Positions 47,720-56,394 of a DNA stretch of 64,000 nt are shown here, in pieces. The position numbers were made by a program, and so were the translations under genes. The notes under the pieces were generated by a model that saw nothing but the letters and a program-made list of their open reading frames with translations, was not told where the DNA came from and searched no databases. Each line of letters starts with the position of its first letter. Position 1 is the first letter of the stretch. This stretch comes from a virus (lineage: Duplodnaviria > Caudoviricetes). The DNA is taken from the IMG/VR virus record IMGVR_UViG_3300027805_000006. One strand, 5' to 3'.

Positions 47720-47895
47720 AAGAGCAACGATCCTTTCTTTTCGAGACTGACTTGATGTTCTTCCATAGTACGATTGACACATAAACCACCGTCGTACAGA
47801 AGTGGTTGCCCAATCCAGCCCAACCATTCACAAGAATTTGGAGTGAATTTGCGACCGGTTGTGTTCCAGGCTTGCTTGAATTCTTCGTTCATCAT
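47716..47895 (-). CDS. 59-aa ORF, not in track (MMNEEFK...)
   Basis: Coupled at both ends. Confidence 0.45.
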   Translation of the reverse strand: MMNEEFKQAWNTTGRKFTPNSCEWLGWIGQPLLYDGGLCVNRTMEEHQVSLEKKGSLLL

Positions 47896-48065
47896 TCAAC
47901 TCCGAAATGTTCAAGAATGCTACTTGCCTCTGACCTTCGGGAAACTTGATCGGCACATTCCCTGACAATCAACTCAGCGAACTTCTCAAGTTTAGTAGGA
48001 ACTCCGTTAGGATTATGTACTAACAAGCCAGCTTCATTGGCAAGTTCTCTAATTCGTTCGTTCAT
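47892..48065 (-). CDS. MNERI-family paralog 7 (57 aa, not in track)
   Basis: MNERIRELANEAG..EKFAELIVREC..EHFGVE. Confidence 0.72.
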   Translation of the reverse strand: MNERIRELANEAGLLVHNPNGVPTKLEKFAELIVRECADQVSRRSEASSILEHFGVE

Positions 48066-48430
48066 TCTTTAACCCCATCAGTGAACATTTGTTCTTCTAG
48101 TTGTGCTAAAAGTGTTCTAACTCTTTGCGTGTCTTCATCATATAGAGCGCTGCGCATTTCGATGATTAGTGGTCTAAACTCGCCAAACACTTCCTCAACC
48201 ATCGCTCGCTTAACTGAAAAAATCATTTCATGATATGCATCTGCGACCAACCCCTCTTCTAGCCAGCAGCTTGTCTCTAATTTAACGCCTATTTTATATT
48301 TTTTTGCTAGTCGGAGATGATCTGCTTCTGAAACAGTTCTGGATACATCAAGATAATTTAGTTTCAGATTGCGCGCCGCCTTAACATCACCAGTTAAAGT
48401 CGCGTTAATTACTTTTGCTAATTTACTCAT
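48062..48430 (-). CDS. hypothetical protein ending GVKE
   Basis: ORF track. Confidence 0.65.
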   Translation of the reverse strand: MSKLAKVINATLTGDVKAARNLKLNYLDVSRTVSEADHLRLAKKYKIGVKLETSCWLEEGLVADAYHEMIFSVKRAMVEEVFGEFRPLIIEMRSALYDEDTQRVRTLLAQLEEQMFTDGVKE

Positions 48431-48572
48431 GAAATTTTCACCTTTTTAGAGTTCTGAATTATACAAATAGACACAGATTTTTTTGCAGTATTAGAATGCT
48501 TACAGCACCAATCTGCATACTTAGTGCCTACTGCACCTACATTGTGGTGCAAACACCCTTTACAGTGTTTAT

Positions 48573-49421
48573 TCATTTAATGACCTCAATATTAGTAAAG
48601 CCGCGACACTTCTTGCCGTGATACTTGTACGAATCAATAGTAGAGCCGTATCGCTTGAAGGCTTCTAGAGGATCTTCTCCGTATGCTATTTCAACAGAGT
48701 GACCCATAGTTCCGCCTTTCCACGATCCTTTATTATAACCTGTTTCTTTTGAGAATTCAAGGTCTAATGTGTACTTGATCAAGGGCTTCCTGATATAGCC
48801 TAGCCACTTGCACCATCCAATGCCATGACGCCACATTCGTTTTGAGATGTAGCATGTTGCAATAATCTCTTCGCCGTCATAGTCATTGAAACGGAACCTG
48901 ATCTTGTTTACGGCTTGTCTGATTTTACGTTGTTCTTCCCAGTCAGTCCTGCCATTCTTGTCGGCAAGGATAGCATATGATGACCACTCGGGTGTGAAGA
49001 ATTCTTCGTGTTGAAATGTCATGTTCTTCCAAGGGATCCAGACAACCTTCGTGTGGTCAGAGTTCTTCTTATCTCTTGAAGACCAAGATCCGGGTTGAAT
49101 ACCGTAATTGATGTGAACAGAGTCTTCTGTAATAGAGATTCCATACTGGCGTTGGGTGTAGTCCCAATAACCACCTGATGGACTCTTTGACCACGATTCC
49201 TTTGACGTGTCTATCCACTTCTTGCGAGGCTTGAACAACTCGGGAATCCGAAACCACCAAGAGTGCCCAAAGATTGCAACGTGGAGATTACAGTAATTTG
49301 TTCTGGAATGACCGCTTTCATAGTACTCATGGGGATTGGATATAGTCAGTGCGAATGACCAAAAGTCATTCTTTGCATACTCTTTCAACTTAAACAACAT
49401 AAAAGTTCCAGTCAATCTCAA
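48573..49421 (-). CDS. hypothetical Trp/aromatic-rich protein
   Basis: 282-aa ORF; start uncertain. Confidence 0.65.
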   Translation of the reverse strand: MRLTGTFMLFKLKEYAKNDFWSFALTISNPHEYYESGHSRTNYCNLHVAIFGHSWWFRIPELFKPRKKWIDTSKESWSKSPSGGYWDYTQRQYGISITEDSVHINYGIQPGSWSSRDKKNSDHTKVVWIPWKNMTFQHEEFFTPEWSSYAILADKNGRTDWEEQRKIRQAVNKIRFRFNDYDGEEIIATCYISKRMWRHGIGWCKWLGYIRKPLIKYTLDLEFSKETGYNKGSWKGGTMGHSVEIAYGEDPLEAFKRYGSTIDSYKYHGKKCRGFTNIEVIK

Positions 49422-49686
49422 TGAAATTATTAGCAGATTCTATAATTTTTAATTGCTGCTCAATCTCAAATATGTCAGACCTTTCTTGCCATGTCCCAAC
49501 CTTATACCCGTGAATGTTTCGAAGTCCTCGCAGTCTTTCAGCTGTACTAATATAGACAATTTCCTGACTATAAACTGTAAGACCTGCGTCAATCATCTTC
49601 TGCGCAAGAGTTGCTCTAAACTGGTTAAACTGTTCATTATTTCCAGCAATCACATAAATCTTTTCTGAGTTAAACATCCTTGTCAT
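49390..49686 (-). CDS. hypothetical protein
   Basis: ORF track. Confidence 0.55.
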   Translation of the reverse strand: MTRMFNSEKIYVIAGNNEQFNQFRATLAQKMIDAGLTVYSQEIVYISTAERLRGLRNIHGYKVGTWQERSDIFEIEQQLKIIESANNFIEIDWNFYVV

Positions 49687-49700
49687 CTCCCGTATCTAAT

Positions 49701-50042
49701 TTAGCAAGTCACTTTTGTGGGGCAATTATGCCGTGGGCAAACATATCCCATAACTTCTCCATTTGTCCCAATGCCGCATACTGAGCAACCTCTAGAATAT
49801 TGTGGGTGAAGAACAATATTCGGCTTGCCCTTGGGAAGCAGCATATTAATTGTGAGCATATATTCTTCTAGTCGCTGCTTAAGAAATTCAATTTCATCTC
49901 GGTACATTCTTCCTGCTTCATTATGACCACATTGATATACTCTTTCTAACAATGGCGCTAGTAAAGCTGCTCCGGGATACCCGCCATCCTCTAATCCCTT
50001 GATAGCTTGATCTACAATATCTTGCTTATGACTCATCTTCAA
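49701..50042 (-). CDS. protein with C-terminal CxxC..CxxxxC motif
   Basis: GCSVCGIG..GYVCPRHNCP; likely start at MSHKQ. Confidence 0.6.
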   Translation of the reverse strand: MKMSHKQDIVDQAIKGLEDGGYPGAALLAPLLERVYQCGHNEAGRMYRDEIEFLKQRLEEYMLTINMLLPKGKPNIVLHPQYSRGCSVCGIGTNGEVMGYVCPRHNCPTKVTC

Positions 50043-50244
50043 CTCCGAAATGTTCTTTCAAATCTGACACACAATGCATCCTGCCTGTATTGTAATCGCT
50101 ATTACCTACTCTGCTATTACAAACTTGAATACATTCCCTGACAATCAACTCGGCGTACTTTTCCAACACTAACTCCAAAAGGATACCTTCTTGTTCAAAG
50201 GCATGTTTGGCACCTTTAGCCAGTTCTTGTATTCGTTCGTTCAT
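50026..50244 (-). CDS. MNERI-family paralog 8 (chimera)
   Basis: N-half equals the 50832 gene; C-half equals the 47238 gene. Confidence 0.78.
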   Translation of the reverse strand: MNERIQELAKGAKHAFEQEGILLELVLEKYAELIVRECIQVCNSRVGNSDYNTGRMHCVSDLKEHFGVEDES

Positions 50245-50423
50245 TTTTCAACTCCAAAATGTTCTTTAATCATGTCACCAGTGCCAGCACAATTACCTGT
50301 TGCAATAATACATTCCCGCACGATCAATTCGGCAAACTCATCAGCAACATCTTGCCAGTTCATTGGTGTTTTTGTGTGCTTAACAACACACTGGGCCCAA
50401 AGTTCTCGGATAGGATCGTTCAT
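50241..50423 (-). CDS. MNERI-family paralog 9
   Basis: MNDPIREL..EFAELIVREC..EHFGVEK. Confidence 0.72.
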   Translation of the reverse strand: MNDPIRELWAQCVVKHTKTPMNWQDVADEFAELIVRECIIATGNCAGTGDMIKEHFGVEK

Positions 50424-50656
50424 TCTTCAACTCCGAAATGTCGTTTGATCTTATTTCCGACATATACCAATGCCTCGTTGAAGCCTTCATAATATTCGCT
50501 TTTGGTGTTGGTATATTGACTATTAACAGACAACTCAGCACATTCTTTCACAATTAGTTCGGCGAACTTTTCTAAATCTTGCTCAATACCAAATCGTACC
50601 ATTGATACCGCATCAAAACCAGCCTGTAGAGCAAGGTCTTTAATTCGTTCGTTCAT
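50420..50656 (-). CDS. MNERI-family paralog 10
   Basis: MNERIKDL..EKFAELIVKEC..HFGVEE. Confidence 0.75.
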   Translation of the reverse strand: MNERIKDLALQAGFDAVSMVRFGIEQDLEKFAELIVKECAELSVNSQYTNTKSEYYEGFNEALVYVGNKIKRHFGVEE

Positions 50657-50835
50657 TCTTCATCTCCGAAATAACTATCAAAACATTTTTCGCACGTTCC
50701 GGAGATTGCTACTTCTGCATGTCCCTCTTTTGTGAAGATATTCACACCAAACTTGAACGGCTGCTTACAATCAATACACCTAGCGGTGTCCTTGTCAACC
50801 CATTCTCTACCTACTAGGCGTTGTTCAGTTGTCAT
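50653..50835 (-). CDS. small CxxC..CxxC protein ending FGDEE
   Basis: ORF track; coupled. Confidence 0.6.
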   Translation of the reverse strand: MTTEQRLVGREWVDKDTARCIDCKQPFKFGVNIFTKEGHAEVAISGTCEKCFDSYFGDEE

Positions 50836-51071
50836 TGTTTAACTCCAAAATGTTTTTTAATCACTGTTGAACCTGTTAGTAATGCTTTGTTATATCCGTT
50901 GTCAAAATCTTCAACTGATTCAAATACAGGGACAGTAATACTTTCTAAAGTCAATGCACATTCTCTAACAATCAACTCGGCGTACTTTTCCAACACTAAC
51001 TCCAAAAGGATACCTTCTTGTTCAAAGGCATGTTTGGCACCTTTAGCCAGTTCTTGTATTCGTTCGTTCAT
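50832..51071 (-). CDS. MNERI-family paralog 11
   Basis: N-half identical to the 50026 gene. Confidence 0.75.
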   Translation of the reverse strand: MNERIQELAKGAKHAFEQEGILLELVLEKYAELIVRECALTLESITVPVFESVEDFDNGYNKALLTGSTVIKKHFGVKQ

Positions 51072-51237
51072 TTTCTATTCATCCATCCGATAATGAAAAA
51101 TATTGGCATCGCTGGCAACATAATAGGATAGTCATACCATTTGCTCTTTCGGAATTTATATCCCATAATATTCAGGAAAAACACAACTCCTGCGATAGTC
51201 CACAGAATGTAAATTGCTATACAAATCAGAAATGTCG

Positions 51238-51468
51238 TCATTCTTCAACTCCGAAATGTTTGCGGATGTTTTCAATGGACTTATCTACAGCCCAGACAAC
51301 ATCGTCGTTTTCACAATTGCTCACACCGATCATGGCAATTTGACTAACACATTCCCGAATCAACAACTCGGCAAACTTCTCTAATTCTAGTCTACTAAAA
51401 GTCCAAGAATCGATTACTGGATAATCTCTCAGTACCTCGAGTGCGATATCATATACGCGTTCATTCAT
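51238..51468 (-). CDS. MNERI-family paralog 12
   Basis: MNERVY..EKFAELLIREC..HFGVEE. Confidence 0.75.
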   Translation of the reverse strand: MNERVYDIALEVLRDYPVIDSWTFSRLELEKFAELLIRECVSQIAMIGVSNCENDDVVWAVDKSIENIRKHFGVEE

Positions 51469-51617
51469 CTAGATGCTCCTCAATTAAAAACCGTCACCAG
51501 CACCAAAAGAAGTACAGACATAGGCACATAGAGAATGTAGCACATCCAGAATAAACCTTCAATTAATGCATCAAACATATCACGCATCATGCGCTCCTAT
51601 TTTGTTATAACTATTGG

Positions 51618-51884
51618 TCAAGCAAAGTCTTTACGATTGTGACGCTCGCGAGCAGAACTAGCGAAATTGCTGATGTTGCCACACTTGTCTTCCCAACGAA
51701 GCAGACTACGAGCAGTCCAACCAATGTCTATCTTGCTTTCGCAGACAGCCTCTTGGTTCACAACACCATTGAGAAAGATACGCACATGATATCGACCGTT
51801 GATGCAGCGAACAGTAACTTCATGCTCGCACTCGCCTACGATGCAACGCTGGATTTGGATAAGTTGAGTATAGCGGTCTTTCAT
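51618..51884 (-). CDS. hypothetical protein
   Basis: GAGGAG RBS. Confidence 0.65.
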   Translation of the reverse strand: MKDRYTQLIQIQRCIVGECEHEVTVRCINGRYHVRIFLNGVVNQEAVCESKIDIGWTARSLLRWEDKCGNISNFASSARERHNRKDFA

Positions 51885-52132
51885 CTAGATGCTCCTCAAA
51901 TAGTACGTTCGTGTGCTGGGTTATTGAAACAAGTACAGTATTCCATAGAGCACCAGCAAGGGTCCATAGAGTGTAGCACACACAATGCCCAGTAGCAGAA
52001 GAAAGGAAGCAAAGAACTCAACAAACTCGCCAAGTTCGCTCATGCTATTCTCCTCACTTACCCAGGTAGTGAACAATTACGGTGGGACCCACTAGGCATA
52101 GCATTGCTACGATACCAATCAGAATATCCATG

Positions 52133-52330
52133 TTAACCCTCAATTCGTTGTTCAACCAGCTGCGCCATGTACAGAGTGTCCCGGTACCGAGCAACCCACG
52201 ACTCTGAACTCATCGCATTTTCAAAGCTTTTTATCGCTTCTTGCTTAGTGCGATAAGAACCGAGCAGGAAGGGACCCTGCTCGTCTCTGCCACCTACCAC
52301 ATAGCCATGATCCCAGTTCTTCATGTTCAA
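52133..52330 (-). CDS. hypothetical protein
   Basis: ORF track. Confidence 0.55.
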   Translation of the reverse strand: MNMKNWDHGYVVGGRDEQGPFLLGSYRTKQEAIKSFENAMSSESWVARYRDTLYMAQLVEQRIEG

Positions 52331-52650
52331 GCCTCCACAGTCAGCACCGGAGCTGGATCAGTAATACGGCCTTCGTACTCCAGCTGGCTCTTCTCGTACC
52401 AGGTCAGGAAGTCGTCTGCCACAACCTTGTAGGAAACGATGTACTCGCGATACCCCTCGTTGTTGCACTCAATTTGGCCACGCACACGGTCCACGATCAC
52501 CTCGATCATGTCGCACTCGTCCACGTTCTTGACCACGTAGTCGCTGCCGCCCTTGGCCTTCCAGTAGGCATCAGCACCAGTACCCAGCGAACCATCTTCG
52601 CGCCAGGCGTAGTTTTCGAAACATTGAGTAGTGATCAGAAGTTTGGTCAT
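52327..52650 (-). CDS. conserved early phage protein (ENYAW..YWKAKGG)
   Basis: AGGAGG RBS; behind a promoter; start trimmed. Confidence 0.7.
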   Translation of the reverse strand: MTKLLITTQCFENYAWREDGSLGTGADAYWKAKGGSDYVVKNVDECDMIEVIVDRVRGQIECNNEGYREYIVSYKVVADDFLTWYEKSQLEYEGRITDPAPVLTVEA

Positions 52651-52693
52651 CGTTTCCTCCTTATCCCTAAGTGTTAATTTAAACAATGAGACT

Positions 52694-52722
52694 ATTATAC
52701 ATCAACCAATAATCTTGTACAC
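52694..52722 (-). promoter_or_regulatory. early promoter GTGTAC-N17-TATAAT (TG-extended)
   Basis: Spacer nearly identical to the 59764 promoter. Confidence 0.8.
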
Positions 52723-52740
52723 TACTATTTTGTAACAAGC

Positions 52741-52770
52741 AAAAACCTGTAACTAAAGTTACAGGTTTTT
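52741..52770 (-). terminator. perfect hairpin, probable terminator
   Basis: AAAAACCTGTAACT-AA-AGTTACAGGTTTTT. Confidence 0.65.
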
Positions 52771-52796
52771 TGAAACTATTTTACAGGTTACTAACT

Positions 52797-52982
52797 TTAA
52801 TCGTCAATCCATTCGTGCTTATATTTCTTCCAGCACTGAATAGCCTTTTTTAGATTATCCATCTGTTCTAGACGAATATGATCCATGATTCCCCATTCAT
52901 GATATGTGTTTGTCATCTTCCAAAGACGATCATGTCTCTCTTGTAGAGTTGCAATAACAACATCGTATTTTTCTTCAGTCAT
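52797..52982 (-). CDS. hypothetical protein
   Basis: ORF track. Confidence 0.6.
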   Translation of the reverse strand: MTEEKYDVVIATLQERHDRLWKMTNTYHEWGIMDHIRLEQMDNLKKAIQCWKKYKHEWIDD

Positions 52983-53257
52983 TGTTTACACCTTGCGCGG
53001 ATAGCGGCTGCGCAGACGGAGATCTGCCATGCAGCACTGCGCAGACTGATTGTTTCATCCGTATCTGCGCCGTCACATGCCTGTTCATTTTTCATTGCTT
53101 TGGCATCGCACACCTTCGCACACGCCTCACGCTCGGCAGCGGCAACAAGTTCAGCAAAGCGCGCGAACACGGGGTAGAGATCGCGCTCTACCCACGCGAC
53201 GTGTTCAAACATGGCCCCAGCCTCCTGCGCCATATGCATGATGTCGTCTCTGGTCAT
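52979..53257 (-). CDS. MTRDDI..RFAELVAAAEREACA family protein (distantly MNERI-like)
   Basis: ORF track; GAGGAG RBS. Confidence 0.7.
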   Translation of the reverse strand: MTRDDIMHMAQEAGAMFEHVAWVERDLYPVFARFAELVAAAEREACAKVCDAKAMKNEQACDGADTDETISLRSAAWQISVCAAAIRARCKQ

Positions 53258-53799
53258 GCTAACTCCTCATTTGGAAATTCTTTAGTTGGTCGAAACATAT
53301 ACTCCGACTTCTCAGGAATAACATATGGAAAAGTTACAGGAACTCTGGACTCATATGATGTGAAATGGGATTTAAACGGCTTACCGTCATTAATACTTGG
53401 AACTGATACCCATTCCCAGAACACTTTGCCATCGATATTGTATGCACCATTGTTATCTTTGAAGACACTGCCGCAACGCTTGTTCTGAAACAGAGGACCT
53501 CCATCAGTGCCATAGGATCTGCTAATATCAACCCACTCCTGGTCTTCACCAGTTAATGGTGTAACTGGCTTGAATCTTGCAAGCGTATCAAACAAATTAA
53601 GCGTATATGGCGCAGTAGTTCCAGAGTGCCCTTCATCACTGAATGTCTCTAGCAACTTTAGAACGTGATTGCAAATTTGTTCTTGCATTTCGTCGGAGAA
53701 CTTGCCGTTCTCATCCATCCAGCCAGCGGCCCTAAACTCATTCTTTGCGTAAAATTCGTAGTTGCTCATTCTAATCCCTCGTAAAACATTATGCGCCAC
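53254..53799 (-). CDS. conserved phage protein (EGHSG..APY)
   Basis: ORF track; likely start at MSNYE. Confidence 0.65.
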   Translation of the reverse strand: MAHNVLRGIRMSNYEFYAKNEFRAAGWMDENGKFSDEMQEQICNHVLKLLETFSDEGHSGTTAPYTLNLFDTLARFKPVTPLTGEDQEWVDISRSYGTDGGPLFQNKRCGSVFKDNNGAYNIDGKVFWEWVSVPSINDGKPFKSHFTSYESRVPVTFPYVIPEKSEYMFRPTKEFPNEELA

Positions 53800-53838
53800 A
53801 TTTCTTTTACAATTTTAATCAAAAATCAACCTGCGCAA

Positions 53839-54177
53839 TTAATATTTTAAATGTAACCAACCAATATCCTTTTCCATTGGAGTTATAGTAACTTCTTTCT
53901 TTGAAGACTCAATCAAATTTGATAGAACACCCATTCCATAGACTGAGCATCCATACGCATTTTTGCTACACCCGTATGTTGAGCCTGACGCTCCACGAAA
54001 GTAGAAGCAATTTTCATCTTCAGAGACTGAAACAATTCCACTGTTCATCTTCCAACTATCGCCTCCCGCAAACCCACCGACCCAAGTTGCAAAAACACGG
54101 TAGTGCTGTGGAAGCTCCTCTTTGATCGGTGTAATCTTTAAAACCATCCACCTGTCTGGCATATAATCTTTGCTCAT
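53839..54177 (-). CDS. conserved phage protein (GDSWKMNSGI)
   Basis: ORF track. Confidence 0.65.
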   Translation of the reverse strand: MSKDYMPDRWMVLKITPIKEELPQHYRVFATWVGGFAGGDSWKMNSGIVSVSEDENCFYFRGASGSTYGCSKNAYGCSVYGMGVLSNLIESSKKEVTITPMEKDIGWLHLKY

Positions 54178-54458
54178 GTACGTGCTCCAAATTGTTTTCT
54201 GATGATAGTGATCTGTTCATCAAGAATAGCATTTTTCTGATATAATGAAGTTTGCCCTGAATATGTTCCACCGCTGTACGGATCATCTTTCTTACTTGTG
54301 TCTAAAACATTTATGCATTCATTCACAATTGATGTTGCAAAATCTTCAAGTGTCAACAGGGATTGGCCATGTCCTGAGAAAGATACAAATTCTCCATGCA
54401 CGTCTTTTCCGAAGTAAAGCCCTGCTTGCTCTGCTAGACTTCTAATTCGCTGATTCAT
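54174..54458 (-). CDS. MNERI-family paralog 13 (divergent)
   Basis: MNQRIRSLAEQAG..FATSIVNEC..KQFGAR. Confidence 0.68.
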   Translation of the reverse strand: MNQRIRSLAEQAGLYFGKDVHGEFVSFSGHGQSLLTLEDFATSIVNECINVLDTSKKDDPYSGGTYSGQTSLYQKNAILDEQITIIRKQFGART

Positions 54459-54461
54459 TAT

Positions 54462-54818
54462 TTAATCCTCTAATTTTATAAATCGCTTAGTATTTGTTTT
54501 ACGAGTTCCGCTCATCCACGGTTGAATAGACATGTTGTTCAAATACATCTCCATTGTAGGAATGAAACCAAGATCCTGCTGAATATGATCCTCTGCAATG
54601 TCTCTAGGAGAATATTCTCTACCATCTGAATTTATGCGCGTACGACCAAAAACTTTTTCTACTAAAAAGCACCCAAATGCGGAGTGTAAAATAGCGCGGT
54701 GGCGGACATCAGCAACTGCTTGCTTCGTCGAATCGATAAAGTCGTCAATGTCGGCATAGTCATCTGGCTTTCCACCATACTTCTTAACATGAATCTTACT
54801 GTGTAGAAATGGCTTCAA
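54462..54818 (-). CDS. DUF6915-like protein
   Basis: HS..KKYGG..DY..I..F.D.TK..D.RHRAILH. Confidence 0.6.
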   Translation of the reverse strand: MKPFLHSKIHVKKYGGKPDDYADIDDFIDSTKQAVADVRHRAILHSAFGCFLVEKVFGRTRINSDGREYSPRDIAEDHIQQDLGFIPTMEMYLNNMSIQPWMSGTRKTNTKRFIKLED

Positions 54819-55087
54819 GGAAGCCTCTTGACTATTGATACGACTTCACCGCTGTTGGCTTCATAACTCATGCACCCTCGCTCAAGACACGAATGGTCAA
54901 TCATGAATTTATTTTCAATCGATGTCGCGCTCATTGACGCTCGAAGATGTTCAATTTCTATAGCAGCCTCTTCAAGGAGGTCAGCAATTCGGTCAGGCTT
55001 ACCCTCCTGCACGCTCTTCCTCGATGGGATTTGGCGCCTAATCTCAGCACGCTTTCTTAGCCGATAAACAACATCATTCTCATCCAT
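54815..55087 (-). CDS. conserved phage protein (RLRKRAEIRRQI..DRIADLLEEAA)
   Basis: ORF track. Confidence 0.65.
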   Translation of the reverse strand: MDENDVVYRLRKRAEIRRQIPSRKSVQEGKPDRIADLLEEAAIEIEHLRASMSATSIENKFMIDHSCLERGCMSYEANSGEVVSIVKRLP

Positions 55088-55088
55088 C

Positions 55089-55325
55089 TTATTCCTTTGA
55101 CTCCATTGCCCAATGCACTACCTTCCAATCATCTAGACAGTCCTCAAAGCAGTAAATTGCATCAACATGGGTCTGACCATACTTTTCACACATCTTGCTA
55201 TACCAGTAGGGCCAGTATTCTTTCCTCACATCTTCTTCAGACATTGTAACATATTCTGGGTCACCTGCATCATTTTTTGGTTGGACGAAGGTAAAGTATC
55301 TCATCACCATTCTCCCTCTGCGCAA
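55089..55325 (-). CDS. hypothetical protein
   Basis: ORF track; start uncertain. Confidence 0.55.
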   Translation of the reverse strand: MRRGRMVMRYFTFVQPKNDAGDPEYVTMSEEDVRKEYWPYWYSKMCEKYGQTHVDAIYCFEDCLDDWKVVHWAMESKE

Positions 55326-55492
55326 GACATCAGGTACCTATAAACCGCCTCTGGATCTTTCTCAAATACTTCTTCTGGCGTGCAGCCAAAAAATTTATTA
55401 TGTCTATTCCACCAATCCACAGCAAGGTCAAGTCCTAGCATACCAACTAGAAGAGCGTGGCACCTCCTATGAAGATTATCAGAGGATAGCAT
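55304..55492 (-). CDS. hypothetical protein
   Basis: ORF track. Confidence 0.55.
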   Translation of the reverse strand: MLSSDNLHRRCHALLVGMLGLDLAVDWWNRHNKFFGCTPEEVFEKDPEAVYRYLMSCAEGEW

Positions 55493-55769
55493 CTTTAACT
55501 ATTATCTTAGTTGGACAATCATCGCGTGGGCACACATAACCAATCACCTCACCATTTGCGCCAATACCACAGACCGAGCACCCCTTATTCGCCCCAGGGA
55601 CGTAAGGAGCACTTCGGTTTTCTCGTCCATTGTTCATTGCCTCAAGGTATCCACAATCATAGACGTTCGATAGCATCTGTGAAAATAAATCTGCAAAGTT
55701 TCTTGGCATACCTGCAGAGACAAGAGTGTCTACAGTATTTTCAATAATTTGTTGCTTATATGTTTTCAA
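55479..55769 (-). CDS. paralog of the 49701 gene (Cys4 C-terminus)
   Basis: GCSVCGIGANGEVIGYVCPRDDCP. Confidence 0.62.
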   Translation of the reverse strand: MKTYKQQIIENTVDTLVSAGMPRNFADLFSQMLSNVYDCGYLEAMNNGRENRSAPYVPGANKGCSVCGIGANGEVIGYVCPRDDCPTKIIVKDAIL

Positions 55770-55990
55770 GAGACATACTCCTTGACATTCTGCAATTTAA
55801 AATGAGATGCAATTTTATTTGAAACCGAAGTATCATGTGTATCGGTAATTTTTATACATTCCTGAATAATTAGCCGTGCAAACTTGTCGCGGTCAAATCG
55901 GTGATGCGTGCTAGGAAAACCACCGAAGCCAAAGTCACTCGGTTCTTCAACCCAGCATTTTGAGGAAATTTGATAAATTAAATCGCTCAT
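55766..55990 (-). CDS. MNERI-family paralog 14 (divergent)
   Basis: DKFARLIIQEC..IASHFK. Confidence 0.6.
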   Translation of the reverse strand: MSDLIYQISSKCWVEEPSDFGFGGFPSTHHRFDRDKFARLIIQECIKITDTHDTSVSNKIASHFKLQNVKEYVS

Positions 55991-55993
55991 TTA

Positions 55994-56191
55994 TTACTCA
56001 CTTTTAAAATGGTCTTTTAGACGTTGGGAATACTCACTTGCAGGTACGCGCCGATCAACAAGGTCTTGAACAACTGCAGCACATTCTTTAACAGAAAGTG
56101 CAAACAGCCTATCGAATTTTTCTTCATGAAACCACACGTCATAGTCACCAAATTCAGCCTCATCTAAAATGCTCTTAAGTCTGTGATTCAT
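55994..56191 (-). CDS. MNERI-family paralog 15 (divergent)
   Basis: MNHRLKSI..FALSVKEC..LKDHFKSE. Confidence 0.62.
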   Translation of the reverse strand: MNHRLKSILDEAEFGDYDVWFHEEKFDRLFALSVKECAAVVQDLVDRRVPASEYSQRLKDHFKSE

Positions 56192-56394
56192 CGCTTAACT
56201 CCGAATTTTTCTGCCATATACCAGCCAACGCTAATATCCCGATCGTAATCGGGATATCCCTGCTCCTTCAACTCTGCAATTTTAGCACATTCCTGAACAA
56301 TCAACTCGGCGAACTTTTCTGGATTAAGGTAGGCAGGACCAACACCGTCTTCTTCCCAGCATTGATCAACTAGTTCTTTAATTCGTTCGTTCAT
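56188..56394 (-). CDS. MNERI-family paralog 16
   Basis: MNERIKEL..EKFAELIVQEC..KFGVKR. Confidence 0.75.
   Translation of the reverse strand: MNERIKELVDQCWEEDGVGPAYLNPEKFAELIVQECAKIAELKEQGYPDYDRDISVGWYMAEKFGVKR

Noticed and set aside
47720-47827. Track's longer start for the 47474 ORF
   Set aside because: The family start MNERI is at 47719, and the extension overlaps a coupled ORF at 47716-47895.
47242-50165. 130-bp repeat pair as DGR template/variable repeats
   Set aside because: The copies are identical with no adenine-specific changes, and no reverse transcriptase is in the window.
44722-51260. Repeated TTCAACTCCGAAA / ATTCGTTCGTTCAT units as a CRISPR array
   Set aside because: Repeats are 13-14 bp, in-frame coding, irregularly spaced by hundreds of bp, and there are no cas genes.
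42220-54818. Functional link between the WSQYTPYFNDG protein and the DUF6915-like protein
   Set aside because: Based only on my recollection that they are often neighbours; here they are 12 kb apart with no sequence support.
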